The notes under the pieces are model-generated. The model was not told the origin of the DNA. It saw only the letters and a program-made list of their open reading frames with translations, and searched no databases. From the NCBI GenBank assembly GCA_002762785.1, contig PCXY01000003.1, positions 70,463 to 134,462 on the forward strand: a stretch of 64,000 nucleotides of DNA, read 5' to 3'. This DNA is from Candidatus Woesearchaeota archaeon CG10_big_fil_rev_8_21_14_0_10_45_16 (GTDB lineage: Archaea > Nanobdellota > Nanobdellia > Woesearchaeales > GW2011-AR9). Shown here in pieces: positions 7,541 to 17,436 of the stretch (the stretch's first letter is position 1; the number at the start of each line of letters is the position of its first letter). The position numbers and the translations under genes are program-made.

Positions 7541-8446
7541 ATGGATATTAACATGGATGTTGCTGGCCTTATCACAAAAGAGGGATGGCGTCTGGGAAGA
7601 AGCCCCAGGACTATCAAGACCTACATCTACGTTGTAGAGAAATTCTTAAGGACGTATCATAAAGAGCCGCATCAGGTTACCAAACGGGACATTGAGAACC
7701 ATCTTCTTCGGCTGCAAGAAAGGAACAGCTCAGGCAATACGATGAATGTCCATCTCAACGCTCTTAAGTTCTTTTATGAAAGGGTCCTTAAGAAAAAGCT
7801 GACGGTCAATATCGAGTTTGCTAAAGTGCGGAAGAGTTTGCCCACGGTCTTGAGCAAAGAAGAGACTTCTGCCTTGTTTTCTGCCATCTCTAACCCTAAA
7901 CAGCAGTTGATGGTCAAGCTGCTCTATGCCAGCGGGATGCGGGTCAGTGAACTTGCTTCCTTGCGTGTGCGTGATCTTGAATTCAACAATAACTATGGAT
8001 GGGTCAGGAACGGCAAAGGTGGTAAGGATAGATTATTCATTATCGCCAAAAAGTTGAAGAACGAGATCCTGGCCAGGATATCTCAAAACAAACTGCATTC
8101 TGCTGACTGGCTATTTCCTGGGTATAACAGCAACCACATCAGCCCCAGTTCCATCCGCACTATCATCAAGACCGCTTCCCTGAAAGCTGGTATCAGCAAA
8201 AATGTTCATCCCCACACTTTGCGCCACTCTTTCGCCACCCATCTGATCGAAAATGGCTACGCGGTGACGGAAGTGCAGCCTCTCCTTGGCCATGGTTCGA
8301 TCAACACGACCATGATCTATCTTCATATCGCATCACCACAATTGTTAAAAGTAGAAAGTCCTCTTGATTCGTTAGGGACAGCAGCGAGAGAAGTAAGAAT
8401 AGTAAAGACGGTGGGGGTACGATCTGATCCTCTGGATGCTGCCTGA
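7541..8446 (+). CDS. IntI/XerA-like tyrosine recombinase
   Basis: Catalytic R (SGMRVSE), K (GKGGKDR), HTLRH, LLGH and Y (TTMIY); N-terminal SAM-like domain; C-terminal SPLDSL as in integron integrases. Start moved to the ATG after TATATAAA at 7511. Confidence 0.92.
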   Translation: MDINMDVAGLITKEGWRLGRSPRTIKTYIYVVEKFLRTYHKEPHQVTKRDIENHLLRLQERNSSGNTMNVHLNALKFFYERVLKKKLTVNIEFAKVRKSLPTVLSKEETSALFSAISNPKQQLMVKLLYASGMRVSELASLRVRDLEFNNNYGWVRNGKGGKDRLFIIAKKLKNEILARISQNKLHSADWLFPGYNSNHISPSSIRTIIKTASLKAGISKNVHPHTLRHSFATHLIENGYAVTEVQPLLGHGSINTTMIYLHIASPQLLKVESPLDSLGTAAREVRIVKTVGVRSDPLDAA

Positions 8447-8463
8447 TCCCGGGGATAATTCTC

Positions 8464-9687
8464 ATGAACATCCGCCGCGTCAGATACAAAGACATTGAAC
8501 AGGTTCCTCAGCTTCGCATAAACAAACGTTTCAAGCAGGATTTCCAAGGCTCGGCGCCTGCTCCTTTTGTCGGCCGTTATGGTTATCCTAATGTAAACTT
8601 AGGTATTCTCAGCCCGCAATTTGTCGGTGACGTCTCTGAATATGATTCTCCCCGGTTATGGAGCAAGGAAAGCTTCCAGATCGGTCAGGTGGCCAGCATC
8701 CGTTACGGCCTGGTGAATTCCCGTACTAAATGGAGCATCAAAGATCTCTATAAAGATCAGCTGCAATCCGGAAAACGCTTCTTTGAAACCTGTCAGGAAG
8801 TTGGCATGGCCACTAAAGCCGCAGAGATCGAGGTGGCGCTCAAGAAACCGCCTAAGCTGGACTTCAAGCCAGAGAAAGAGATCATCCCCTACGGGCCTGC
8901 TTCTGAGATCCTCAAAGCCAGGATAGCCGGCAGTCCGCGAGTTGATACCAGGGTAGAGAAAGTGGTCTATGATACTGATCTGAAAGCTGCTTCTGGGGTT
9001 GTCAATCTTTATAAGAAAGGATTTGAAGAGAATTACCTGACTCGGCTGCTGTCAGTAGGAACTTTAGGATTGCAAGAAAGAAGAAAGCTGGTGCCGACCA
9101 GATGGAGTATCACCGCCGTCGATGACACCATCGGTAAAGAACTGATAAATGAGGTCAAACAGTTTCCTGTGGGGGAGTATCGCGCTTATTTCGGCGGCGG
9201 CTGGGGCAATTTCTATCTTCTGTTGTTCTTTCCGGAAGTATGGAGCTATGAACTGTTTGAGACGTATCTTCACCCTTCCGGAACCGCAGCTACCAATCCC
9301 TGGTCAAAACAAGGTTATATGTATTCGACCGATCATGAAAGCTATGTTGGTCGCAAGAATTACGCTGAAGAGACCGCCGGCGGCTATTATGCCTGCCGTA
9401 TCTCCGTAGCAGAGAAGATGAAAGAACTTAAGCGGCAAGGATCGTGCCTGGCCTTACGTTTCATCACCCCTGAATATAACATCCCTCTAGGGGTCTGGGT
9501 CTGCCGGCAGGCTACCCGCAAGGCTCTCGAGAAACAGCCTCTCGTGTTTGATTCAGAAGAACTGATGATGGCCTTTGCCAGATCGTTGATAGAACGGAAG
9601 TTTGGTTTCAAGCTTGATTTTCTGCTGAAAGAGTCGCAGCTGCTGAAACAGAAGAAAGAACAGACCAAGCTGGCGGAGTTTGTCTGA
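8464..9687 (+). CDS. nreA: Archaeal DNA repair protein NreA family
   Basis: FVGRYGYP, LVPTRWSITAVD, GGYYA and PLGVWVCR motifs; C-terminal PIP-like QTKLAEFV. Confidence 0.85.
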   Translation: MNIRRVRYKDIEQVPQLRINKRFKQDFQGSAPAPFVGRYGYPNVNLGILSPQFVGDVSEYDSPRLWSKESFQIGQVASIRYGLVNSRTKWSIKDLYKDQLQSGKRFFETCQEVGMATKAAEIEVALKKPPKLDFKPEKEIIPYGPASEILKARIAGSPRVDTRVEKVVYDTDLKAASGVVNLYKKGFEENYLTRLLSVGTLGLQERRKLVPTRWSITAVDDTIGKELINEVKQFPVGEYRAYFGGGWGNFYLLLFFPEVWSYELFETYLHPSGTAATNPWSKQGYMYSTDHESYVGRKNYAEETAGGYYACRISVAEKMKELKRQGSCLALRFITPEYNIPLGVWVCRQATRKALEKQPLVFDSEELMMAFARSLIERKFGFKLDFLLKESQLLKQKKEQTKLAEFV

Positions 9688-9960
9688 ATTAGAGCCTGTC
9701 TAAATTGGAATTAGTCTGAATTGGAGTTTGAATTGGAATTAGTCTTGTCGGCTGGCTTCTTAATTTTTTTCTGTCAAAGCTTAGTATCTTTTGTCAAATC
9801 TTTGCAAATGTTGTAAGTTAATTATTACCCTCTGAATGGCAACTTGTTTTTACTCCAGGCAGTGATGAACAAGTTTTATAAACACCAAGACTTTCAAAAA
9901 AGTACAAGGTTTGCAAGGGAAACCCTGTGTGTTAACGTGGTCTTAAAGAGGTGATGTAGT

Positions 9961-10068
9961 GTGGATATCGACCGTGAGTTTGAAGAGTTCGTGCATAAAA
10001 ATTTTAAGAAGTTGACGGAGAATCAAAAGCAGATCTGTAAGAAATTGGGGGTTATCATCCCTCAATAA
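9961..10068 (+). CDS. Small 35-aa hypothetical protein (not in ORF track)
   Basis: GAGGTGA RBS at 9948-9954, GTG start, MDIDREFEEFVHKNFKKLTENQKQICKKLGVIIPQ. Confidence 0.55.
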   Translation: MDIDREFEEFVHKNFKKLTENQKQICKKLGVIIPQ

Positions 10069-10236
10069 CTTCTTCTTATCATTTTTTTAATATTTTCTTA
10101 GTATATCTTCAATCTCTTTTTATCAAACGATTATAAATTGAACGAATCATCATTATAAACAATCATCATTATAAACTAAGACTATCATAAGCAAAACTAA
10201 TTTAATTCAATTTTAAGTAGAAATTAATATCCAATT

Positions 10237-10779
10237 CTATCTGAAACTAGAACCGCAGCCGCAGGTGGCTTTTGCGTTAGGATTGGTGATCTTGAATCCG
10301 GCATCAGTCAATCCATCACTATAATCGATGACGGCGCCGTTAAGTTTCTCAGCCGCATTCTTACTGAGGAAAACTTTTGCATCTTCTTTCTCGATGACAA
10401 TATCGTCAGCCGTCTGTTCATCAGCCAGTTCAAAGCCATATTTCAATCCTGAACAGCCGCCGGCATGGACGCTTAGCCGAAGAGCTTTCTTCCCATGAGA
10501 TGCGCAGAAGAGCTTGATCTTGTCAGCTGCTGCGGGTGTGATGGTCAGTTCGGGGTTTCCAGACTGCGAAGGCGCGCACTGTTCATTCAGCTTCTTGACA
10601 GCCTCGTCGATCTCTTCTTCTGTGAATCCGTGGCCGCGGAAGCCATCTTCCAGCGATTCGTAGGGGCTGACGTGACAGCCGACGCAATGGACACCGAAAC
10701 TAAGAAGTGTCTCGATCAGTTCAGGATGCTGTTCAACGATGTCCCCGATCATGTCTTCCCGATTTATCATTTTAGTCAT
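10237..10779 (-). CDS. Fe-S cluster assembly accessory protein (DUF1858-like N-terminus fused to IscA/HesB)
   Basis: GVHCVGC N-terminal domain; GGCSG and CGCGSSF IscA signature. Confidence 0.9.
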   Translation of the reverse strand: MTKMINREDMIGDIVEQHPELIETLLSFGVHCVGCHVSPYESLEDGFRGHGFTEEEIDEAVKKLNEQCAPSQSGNPELTITPAAADKIKLFCASHGKKALRLSVHAGGCSGLKYGFELADEQTADDIVIEKEDAKVFLSKNAAEKLNGAVIDYSDGLTDAGFKITNPNAKATCGCGSSFR

Positions 10780-10883
10780 CTGTTCTTATTTTATCTTAAA
10801 GTGTATTTTTATTCATTATTATATAAGATTTACTGTATAATCCTTCTATCACAGCCATGTCGTTCGGCAACTTTTTTAAATGT

Positions 10884-11522
10884 TTAAAAATCACCTAAGT
10901 TAGTCTGTTTTCTTTTAACATTAATCACTGAAGCAATAGTCCGGAAATCGTCTTTCATCTGCTGCAGCATCTCTGGGTTTCGTCCTGAATAAAGGTAGCT
11001 GGCCGGATGGATGACCGGGACGACGCTGACTTCTTTCTGGTCTATGCTGGTCTTGAAGATCTTACCACGCAAAGACTTGATACCGGTCTTGCCGATGATC
11101 CTTTCTGTGGCGAAGTTGCCGATGGTGACGATAACCTTTGGTCGCATGATACCGATCAGCCGGTCCAGCCTTTCACGGCAGTTTTGCACTTCTTCTTTCT
11201 GAGGATTACGGTTGTCAGGCGGCCGGCAGAGGATGGTATTGGTGATAAAAATATCTTCCCGAGCCAGGTTGATGGAAGCTAATAACTCATCCAGGATCTT
11301 CCCGGACATACCGCAGAAAGGAACGCCATTTTTATCTTCATTAGCTCCAGGAGCTTCACCGATGAATAAGACTTCAGCCTGCTTGCTGCCGGAGCCGAAG
11401 ACGACTTGGGTCCTATTTTGACAGAGGATCGGGCATCTCTGGCAGGTGCGATATTCTTCTTTAAGCTGTTCGAAGGTCATGAAATGGGTAAGGGGATCTT
11501 TTGTGATTTTATGTCTTTTCAT
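10884..11522 (-). CDS. udg: Family 4 uracil-DNA glycosylase
   Basis: CxxCx..C Fe-S ligands, [18 protein letters not shown]; PIP-like QTNLGDF at the end. Confidence 0.92.
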   Translation of the reverse strand: MKRHKITKDPLTHFMTFEQLKEEYRTCQRCPILCQNRTQVVFGSGSKQAEVLFIGEAPGANEDKNGVPFCGMSGKILDELLASINLAREDIFITNTILCRPPDNRNPQKEEVQNCRERLDRLIGIMRPKVIVTIGNFATERIIGKTGIKSLRGKIFKTSIDQKEVSVVPVIHPASYLYSGRNPEMLQQMKDDFRTIASVINVKRKQTNLGDF

Positions 11523-11561
11523 TCCAGAGAACTACTTTAGAGATTTCCCTCTTCCCATCAC

Positions 11562-11601
11562 CACTAAACCCACTTGGCACTAAACCCACTTGGCACTAAA
11601 C
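11562..11601. repeat. 16-bp intergenic tandem repeat (CACTAAACCCACTTGG x2.5)
   Basis: Read directly from the sequence. Confidence 0.85.
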
Positions 11602-11658
11602 TACTTTGGAGTGATTAATTTGGAAATGTTTATAAACTGGAAATGTTGATCCTGAAAC

Positions 11659-12339
11659 ATGGAAACTGAAACCAGAGGGGCTATTGCTGATGCGCGTCAT
11701 ATCGTGGCTAATCCGCGAGTCAGTTCAGATGGAAGAAAGAACGATCCCGTCGATTTCCTGATCGGCTGTCAACATCTAGAACAGAGACACCGGCTTTATG
11801 TAGTTAGGGCTGATGGTCTTTACGCTCCTAGAAGTGAAACTCTCAAAAGTGAAGCTCCCAAAAGTATTCTCCTGGTAGGTCACATCGGCGCTGGAAAATC
11901 AACTTTAGCAGCTGCCCTAGTAGCTCAGGCTGCTCAGGGAAGCCTTTCTTACTTTTTAGGTTCAGGTGGAGCAGAGTCAGAATTCGGCCTGATGCACATC
12001 GGGTCTGAAGCCAGGGTTTTCCCTCTTGTTGAGACACCTGAAAATTGGAGATTTTACGGAGCAGGTGCAACTGTTGCTGATATTGTTCGCGTGAAGAGAG
12101 AAGGTTCCGGTCCTGTTCTGATGGAAGAAAAAGTAGACCCTCAAAGGTTGGTAGGTTACTTGGGAGCTGATCTATACGACAGAGATGAAAGTCCAGAAAA
12201 TCCGCAGCGGCTCGATGCCATCCAAAGCCTGTTAGTGGGGCCGTTGTTGGAAGGAAAGCTGCGTTATCATTCTCTCAGAAATGTCACCGGAAAGCTGGAT
12301 GAGGCGGTTTCTCTTCTCACCGGCTGTTTTTTCCAATAG
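11659..12339 (+). CDS. Hypothetical P-loop NTPase/kinase-like protein
   Basis: ILLVGHIGAGKST Walker A motif. Confidence 0.65.
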   Translation: METETRGAIADARHIVANPRVSSDGRKNDPVDFLIGCQHLEQRHRLYVVRADGLYAPRSETLKSEAPKSILLVGHIGAGKSTLAAALVAQAAQGSLSYFLGSGGAESEFGLMHIGSEARVFPLVETPENWRFYGAGATVADIVRVKREGSGPVLMEEKVDPQRLVGYLGADLYDRDESPENPQRLDAIQSLLVGPLLEGKLRYHSLRNVTGKLDEAVSLLTGCFFQ

Positions 12340-12375
12340 GAAACTTTATAAATGATGCTCTAGTTTTAGGAGCAA

Positions 12376-12564
12376 ATGGAGCAACAGCAGGAAGTAAAGC
12401 CCAGCAAGACCAGGCGGTTTTTAAAGGAAACGAAAAGAGTGCTTCATATCACCAAGAAGCCAAACCGCACTGAATTCCTAAGCCTGAGTAAGATCACTGG
12501 CTTGGGTGTAGCGATCATCGGCGCCATCGGTTTTGTCATCTTCCTGATCAAACAATTTATCTAA
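12376..12564 (+). CDS. secE: Protein translocase subunit SecE/Sec61-gamma
   Basis: RVLHITKKP..EF then a single TM helix; immediately upstream of spt5. Confidence 0.93.
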   Translation: MEQQQEVKPSKTRRFLKETKRVLHITKKPNRTEFLSLSKITGLGVAIIGAIGFVIFLIKQFI

Positions 12565-12565
12565 A

Positions 12566-13030
12566 ATGGCTGAAACACATATCTTTGGATTACGCACGGC
12601 AGCTAACCGGGAAGACCAGGTTGTTGACTATCTTATCTCTAAGCTGAAGAAAAGCCCGAAAGGTATCTTCTCTGTGATCAGGCCGCACGGTATGCGCGGC
12701 TATATCTTCGTGGAAGCCGTCTCCAAAGCTGATGCAGAATCTACTCTTCAAGGGGTTCCTTATGCCCGCGGTCTTTTGCCTTCTGAGATCCCTTACCCGG
12801 AGATTGAACACATGCTGGAGCAGGTCAAGGTTGAGATGAATGTCCATAAGAACGATATCGTGGAGATTATCTCTGGTCCGTTCAAACGGGAGAATGCCAA
12901 AGTCATGCGTATCAACAAGCAGAAGGAAGAGATTGTTGTCGAACTGCTTGAGTCTGCTGTTCCGATCCCGATCACTGTTAAGATGGATGCCGTCAAGGTT
13001 ATCCGTCGTGAAGGCGAAAGCGAAGATTGA
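12566..13030 (+). CDS. spt5: Transcription elongation factor Spt5 (NusG)
   Basis: GYIFVEA NGN domain; VEIISGPFK KOW domain. Confidence 0.95.
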   Translation: MAETHIFGLRTAANREDQVVDYLISKLKKSPKGIFSVIRPHGMRGYIFVEAVSKADAESTLQGVPYARGLLPSEIPYPEIEHMLEQVKVEMNVHKNDIVEIISGPFKRENAKVMRINKQKEEIVVELLESAVPIPITVKMDAVKVIRREGESED

Positions 13031-13115
13031 GCTTTGCTTTAAGTGCAGACTTTTAGGAATAGATACCTTTTTAAACTTATATTTCTTCTCTTCTCTTTAA
13101 AGAGGTGATGTACTG

Positions 13116-13364
13116 ATGATGTGCAGTAGCAGTGGAATGTGTATAAAATGCAAGGGTGTCATGAAACTTATCACTGGCGCTCTTCTTCTGCTGAACGCTT
13201 TCGTATGGCCGTTATGGCTGGGCGTAGACGGCTGGGTATCGTTCGTTGCAGCACTCATGGTTCTAGGCGGATTAGTGAAGTTGTTCGTGCCGAACGGCTG
13301 TCCGCATTGCAGAGCTATGAGTTCCGGTTCGATGATGCCAGCTTCTGGTAAGAAGAAAAGGTAA
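13116..13364 (+). CDS. Small two-TM membrane protein with CxxC pairs
   Basis: GAGGTGA RBS; two hydrophobic helices; CIKC and CPHC. Confidence 0.7.
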   Translation: MMCSSSGMCIKCKGVMKLITGALLLLNAFVWPLWLGVDGWVSFVAALMVLGGLVKLFVPNGCPHCRAMSSGSMMPASGKKKR

Positions 13365-13601
13365 ATTTTTCTTTTTTTTATTTAATATTATTTCTTGTTG
13401 TTTCTTTAGGATCGGTGCGGCGGTTTGTCCATTGCTCAGGGATTAGCTACATAGTCATCAATTTGGGCTATTATTACGATTATTATTACGATTATTTTGA
13501 GGAATAATATCAAAGATCAATATTAGCTAATTGACAAGATAATGACGCCTACGGCGTTTTATAGCAATCTTTTTATAATAGGGATGAAGAAGCCTTCCCG
13601 T

Positions 13602-13823
13602 GCCAGCGTCGCTTAATCCGGTGGCGTCCAAGCAGCAGCTTACGCCGGAGAATATAGCGTCGGTCTCGAACAAGTGTCACGCCACTTGAGAGGCGGGGCG
13701 ACATACGCTTCGCTTAGTCACCGTGAAACATTTTATCGAGTTAACCGATCCCTCTGGGATTCCCGGTTCAAAACAGATGTCGCATCAAGAAATTGTGGAT
13801 CGATGAAAGTCCGGGCGCTGGCG
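13602..13823 (+). tRNA. tRNA-Ser(CGA) with three introns
   Basis: GCCAGCG/CGCTGGC acceptor stem, TCGGT-CT-CGA-A...A-ACCGA anticodon arm, long variable arm, CCCGG-TTCAAA...T-CCGGG T arm; three insertions; TATA box about 25 nt upstream. Confidence 0.85.
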
Positions 13824-13910
13824 CTTTTTCTTTACTGTAAAAAGCCAGAAAGCTCAGCACACAAAGAAACGCAATGGCCTTTCTTGTACCCCCGAAATCA
13901 ACGTGATCTC

Positions 13911-14912
13911 TCAGGGCTTTTTTCTAACGATATGATCCGTAATTTCAGTTGAGAATGTGATCGGATAATCGACTTGGCATCTTTCTAATATACCATTTAA
14001 TTCGTCGATTCCAATGTCGCCGGTCACTTCCAAAGTTCGTTGCCTCTTATGATGTCCGTTTTTTCCATTAACTTTTACGCTTACACCAGAAGAGTCAGTT
14101 CTTCTTCCATGTCCGCGGACTCTTTTAGCCATTGCTTGTAACATCCCAACATCTACTCCTTTTTGAGATTCCACAGTAACGGTATACATACGTCTTTGTT
14201 GAAGAGCTTCTTCTAGGGCCTGAGCTGAATTTAAAACTTTTGAAGTTAAATATTGATGAAAGATAGCTTCGCACTGGTGGGGAGCATCAATTCTGCTTCC
14301 AAGATTTACCCTTGCTTCTAACGCTTTTCGAAGGAGAGAAGCGTATAATTCTCTTTCGTTTACTGGAATGATTGCGGGTGGATAGGCTGCTTGTTCTAAT
14401 GTAAAATTCTGTAGTAATCTAGCTGCTCTTCCATTACCGTCAGTATAAGGATGAATGTGGGCTAATCTAGCATGTGCCTCAATAGAACGTAGTACTGGAT
14501 GTATATCGGCGCGCTGTAGGGTATAAGCAAGACTATCCATCTCATAGATTATTCTTTCAGGCGCTGAGGGAGGAACGGTCCCGATCGTGACTTCGATATT
14601 TCTGTAATTGGCGGTAGGGTTATTTGCTGGTTCTATCAGATGTCCCAAAGATGCCAGAGAGGCTGTAGTGATTCCGCTTCGAGCTAGATGATCCCAAGCT
14701 CTTTCGATATTAGTTCCAAATTGCCTATCTCGTTTAGAATAAGATGATTGGCAACCAGTAGCTTCAGATTCGTCTTCTATAGCGATCGAATGACGGATTG
14801 CATCACGTCGGATGGCTCCTAATGTCTCTTTCCTGACATATAATGAATATTCTGGATGAGCGTTAATACGTCTAAGAGTAATATCTAGTCTCTCTAAAGT
14901 TTTTTGGGACAT
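13911..14912 (-). CDS. Fic family protein
   Basis: HPYTDGNGRAAR Fic motif. Confidence 0.9.
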   Translation of the reverse strand: MSQKTLERLDITLRRINAHPEYSLYVRKETLGAIRRDAIRHSIAIEDESEATGCQSSYSKRDRQFGTNIERAWDHLARSGITTASLASLGHLIEPANNPTANYRNIEVTIGTVPPSAPERIIYEMDSLAYTLQRADIHPVLRSIEAHARLAHIHPYTDGNGRAARLLQNFTLEQAAYPPAIIPVNERELYASLLRKALEARVNLGSRIDAPHQCEAIFHQYLTSKVLNSAQALEEALQQRRMYTVTVESQKGVDVGMLQAMAKRVRGHGRRTDSSGVSVKVNGKNGHHKRQRTLEVTGDIGIDELNGILERCQVDYPITFSTEITDHIVRKKP

Positions 14913-15076
14913 TAAACCTCTCTTCTTGTCTCTATTTATAAATCTTTCTAAAGTTTAACTACTCGTTAGTGGCAGTTGTGGGTTTTGGGTTAGAATTATG
15001 GATCTTTGGCTCGGCGTGATACGACCCTCATTAAAAAAAAGCGTTAAAAACAATTTCAAAAAAATCAATTCAGAAA

Positions 15077-15391
15077 TCAAACATCGACCATCTCAATCTC
15101 GATGTTAAGACCTTCAGGGATAGGCACCCTCATCACCAGGCGGAGAGTTCGCTCCTCCGCGCCGATATCGATAAGCCGCTTATGGATACGCATCTCGTAG
15201 CGTTCCCAGGAAGCCTTTCCTTCACCGTCAGGAGACTTTCGCGTGGTTACTTTCAGCTTCTTGGTGGGAAGCGGAATAGGGCCGCGAAGATCGACTCCGG
15301 TCTTGCCGGCTATCTCCTTGATATCACCGCAGATCTTGTTGATCTTGTCGATGTCGGTACTTGCTAGTTTTATACGTGCGCGTTGTGCCAT
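15077..15391 (-). CDS. rpsJ: 30S ribosomal protein uS10
   Basis: RARIKL...GPIPLPTK...RKSP.GEG...RIHKRLIDI; start moved to MAQR behind GGAGG. Confidence 0.97.
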   Translation of the reverse strand: MAQRARIKLASTDIDKINKICGDIKEIAGKTGVDLRGPIPLPTKKLKVTTRKSPDGEGKASWERYEMRIHKRLIDIGAEERTLRLVMRVPIPEGLNIEIEMVDV

Positions 15392-15454
15392 TCTTCCTCC
15401 ATGATGAACCATGGTTCACCATGCTTGTTGTGTGAAAGGGTAAAAATAAAAAAT

Positions 15455-16747
15455 TTATAATACTTTTTTAACTAGATCCATACACATTCCAGCTGCTACG
15501 GTAACGCCGGAATCACGGATAGCGAACTTAGCCATCTGCGGGATCTCGCTGTTTTTCTCGATGACGACGGCCTGGGTAGGTCGCAGCCTGACGATAGCAG
15601 CGTCTCCGTTTCTCAGGATGTCTTTGTTTTCAGTGACTTCCTGACCGGTTGCCGGGTTGATCTTCTTGACGATCTCTACGAACTGGCAAGCAACTTGCGC
15701 AGTGTGGATGTGGAAGACTGGTGTGTAGCCGACAGTAACAACACTCGGATGGTTCATGATGACGATCTGAGCGGTAAACTCGGTTACGACAGTTGGAACG
15801 TTGTCAGAATGACCTAGAACGTCTCCTCTAGCGATGTCTTTCTTACCGATACCACGGACGTTGAATCCGACGTTGTCGCCAGGTTCAGCTTGCTGAGCTT
15901 GTTCGTGATGCATCTCGATAGACTTGACGTCACCGGATACTCCCTTACCTTCACGGCCAGGGACGACGGTAACCTTGTCGCCGATTTTCATGACCCCTGT
16001 TTCGATCCTTCCTACTGGGACAACACCGATACCGGTGATATTATAGACGTCCTGGATAGGCAGGCGTAGAGGTAAATTGGTCGGTTTTGAAGGAACTTCA
16101 AACTTGTTGATAGCTGACAATAATGTATCGCCAGTCCACCAAGCCATCTTTTCAGATTTCTTGGTGATGTTCTCGCCAGGTAATGAGGCGATAGGGATGA
16201 ATCTTAGCAAGTCAGTCTTCCATCCTGCCTGAGCAGCATGTTTCTTAACTTCTTCGATAACTTCTTTGAACCTTTTCTCTGAGAAATCGACTCCTGAAAT
16301 ATCCATCTTATTGATAGCGACGACAAGTTGTCCTACACCAAAGATCTTGGATAGTTTAAGATGCTCGATGGTCTGAGCGTTGACGCCGTCGTTAGCAGCG
16401 ACTACCAGAACTGCGCAGTCTGCCTGAGAAGCGCCGGTGATCATGTTTTTGATGAAGTCCTTGTGCCCTGGAGCGTCGATGATGGTGAAATAGTATTTGT
16501 CGGTGTCAAACCTTTTGTGAGCCAAGTCGATAGTTACTCCTCTTTCCTGCTCTTCTTTCAGGTTGTCCATGACGAAAGCGAACTCGAAGCCGCCTTTACC
16601 AAGCTGCTGCGCTTTTTCTTTAAGTTTTCTCATAGCTTGTTCGTCAACGTTTCCGGTGTCGAATAGCAGACGGCCAACAGTTGTGGATTTACCGTGATCT
16701 ACGTGACCGATGAATACTAGGTTGATATGTTCTTTTGTTTTTGCCAT
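15455..16747 (-). CDS. tuf: Translation elongation factor aEF-1alpha
   Basis: [25 protein letters not shown]; archaeal type; upstream of rpsJ. Confidence 0.98.
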   Translation of the reverse strand: MAKTKEHINLVFIGHVDHGKSTTVGRLLFDTGNVDEQAMRKLKEKAQQLGKGGFEFAFVMDNLKEEQERGVTIDLAHKRFDTDKYYFTIIDAPGHKDFIKNMITGASQADCAVLVVAANDGVNAQTIEHLKLSKIFGVGQLVVAINKMDISGVDFSEKRFKEVIEEVKKHAAQAGWKTDLLRFIPIASLPGENITKKSEKMAWWTGDTLLSAINKFEVPSKPTNLPLRLPIQDVYNITGIGVVPVGRIETGVMKIGDKVTVVPGREGKGVSGDVKSIEMHHEQAQQAEPGDNVGFNVRGIGKKDIARGDVLGHSDNVPTVVTEFTAQIVIMNHPSVVTVGYTPVFHIHTAQVACQFVEIVKKINPATGQEVTENKDILRNGDAAIVRLRPTQAVVIEKNSEIPQMAKFAIRDSGVTVAAGMCMDLVKKVL

Positions 16748-16913
16748 TTTTTTTCAGGTAACCTCTCTTGTTTATTTTAAAGTAGGATTGTTCTCTCAGG
16801 TTTTGAGTTTATTTATAAAGATTTCGGAATTCCAGTGAGAATTCCGGAATCTCCTAGAGGTTTTACCTCTGTTAGACTTCGGTGAAGAAGTAGCTTTACT
16901 GAGGCTATAACCA

Positions 16914-17345
16914 TTATTCTTTTAACAAATTTACAGATCTTACCCACATCTCAACCAAAGCCATCAAAACATAGGCTTGCATAGAATTATCAACATTATG
17001 TGAACCATACACAATGGGTTTAGATTCTCGAAATGACTCTTCTACGCGATTACCCATGACATTTTCTATGGCTTTATCTATGACCCTATCTATAGATAAC
17101 CCAACGCCCTTTCCTGCAATGGAGAATTTGGTGACGAAAGGACTATCCTCCTGGAATGTGTACGGAAAAGGATGATCTTGTCTTAATGATCTTGTCAGTT
17201 CAGTTCCCATTCGATTTATCCTGTTTTGCCGTTCTCTTGGGATATTAGCCTCAATCATCTTTTGTGCAAACTCACCATCTAAAATAATGCCTACATTATA
17301 TGTAGGTTGATATAAGCCAGTAGGTTGCCAGATAATATTACTCAT
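16914..17345 (-). CDS. Hypothetical protein
   Basis: 143-aa ORF filling the gap; no motif recognised. Confidence 0.65.
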   Translation of the reverse strand: MSNIIWQPTGLYQPTYNVGIILDGEFAQKMIEANIPRERQNRINRMGTELTRSLRQDHPFPYTFQEDSPFVTKFSIAGKGVGLSIDRVIDKAIENVMGNRVEESFRESKPIVYGSHNVDNSMQAYVLMALVEMWVRSVNLLKE

Positions 17346-17436
17346 GATAAACTAGGAGAATCAGCAATTAATAAATCTATTGAACTGGATTTTACCCACC
17401 CCAACCTTTAAATACGGTCCGGAAATCCTTAATATC

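Larger units (their letters stand above)
1..8446. mobile_element. Integron-like cassette array with adjacent tyrosine recombinase (array continues beyond the window start)
   Basis: Six copies of CATAACGATGTTATG separate AT-rich gene modules; terminal half-site at 7125-7130; IntI-like recombinase transcribed away from the array. Confidence 0.85.

Noticed and set aside
13674-13952. 92-aa ORF
   Set aside because: It overlaps the intron-containing tRNA-Ser.
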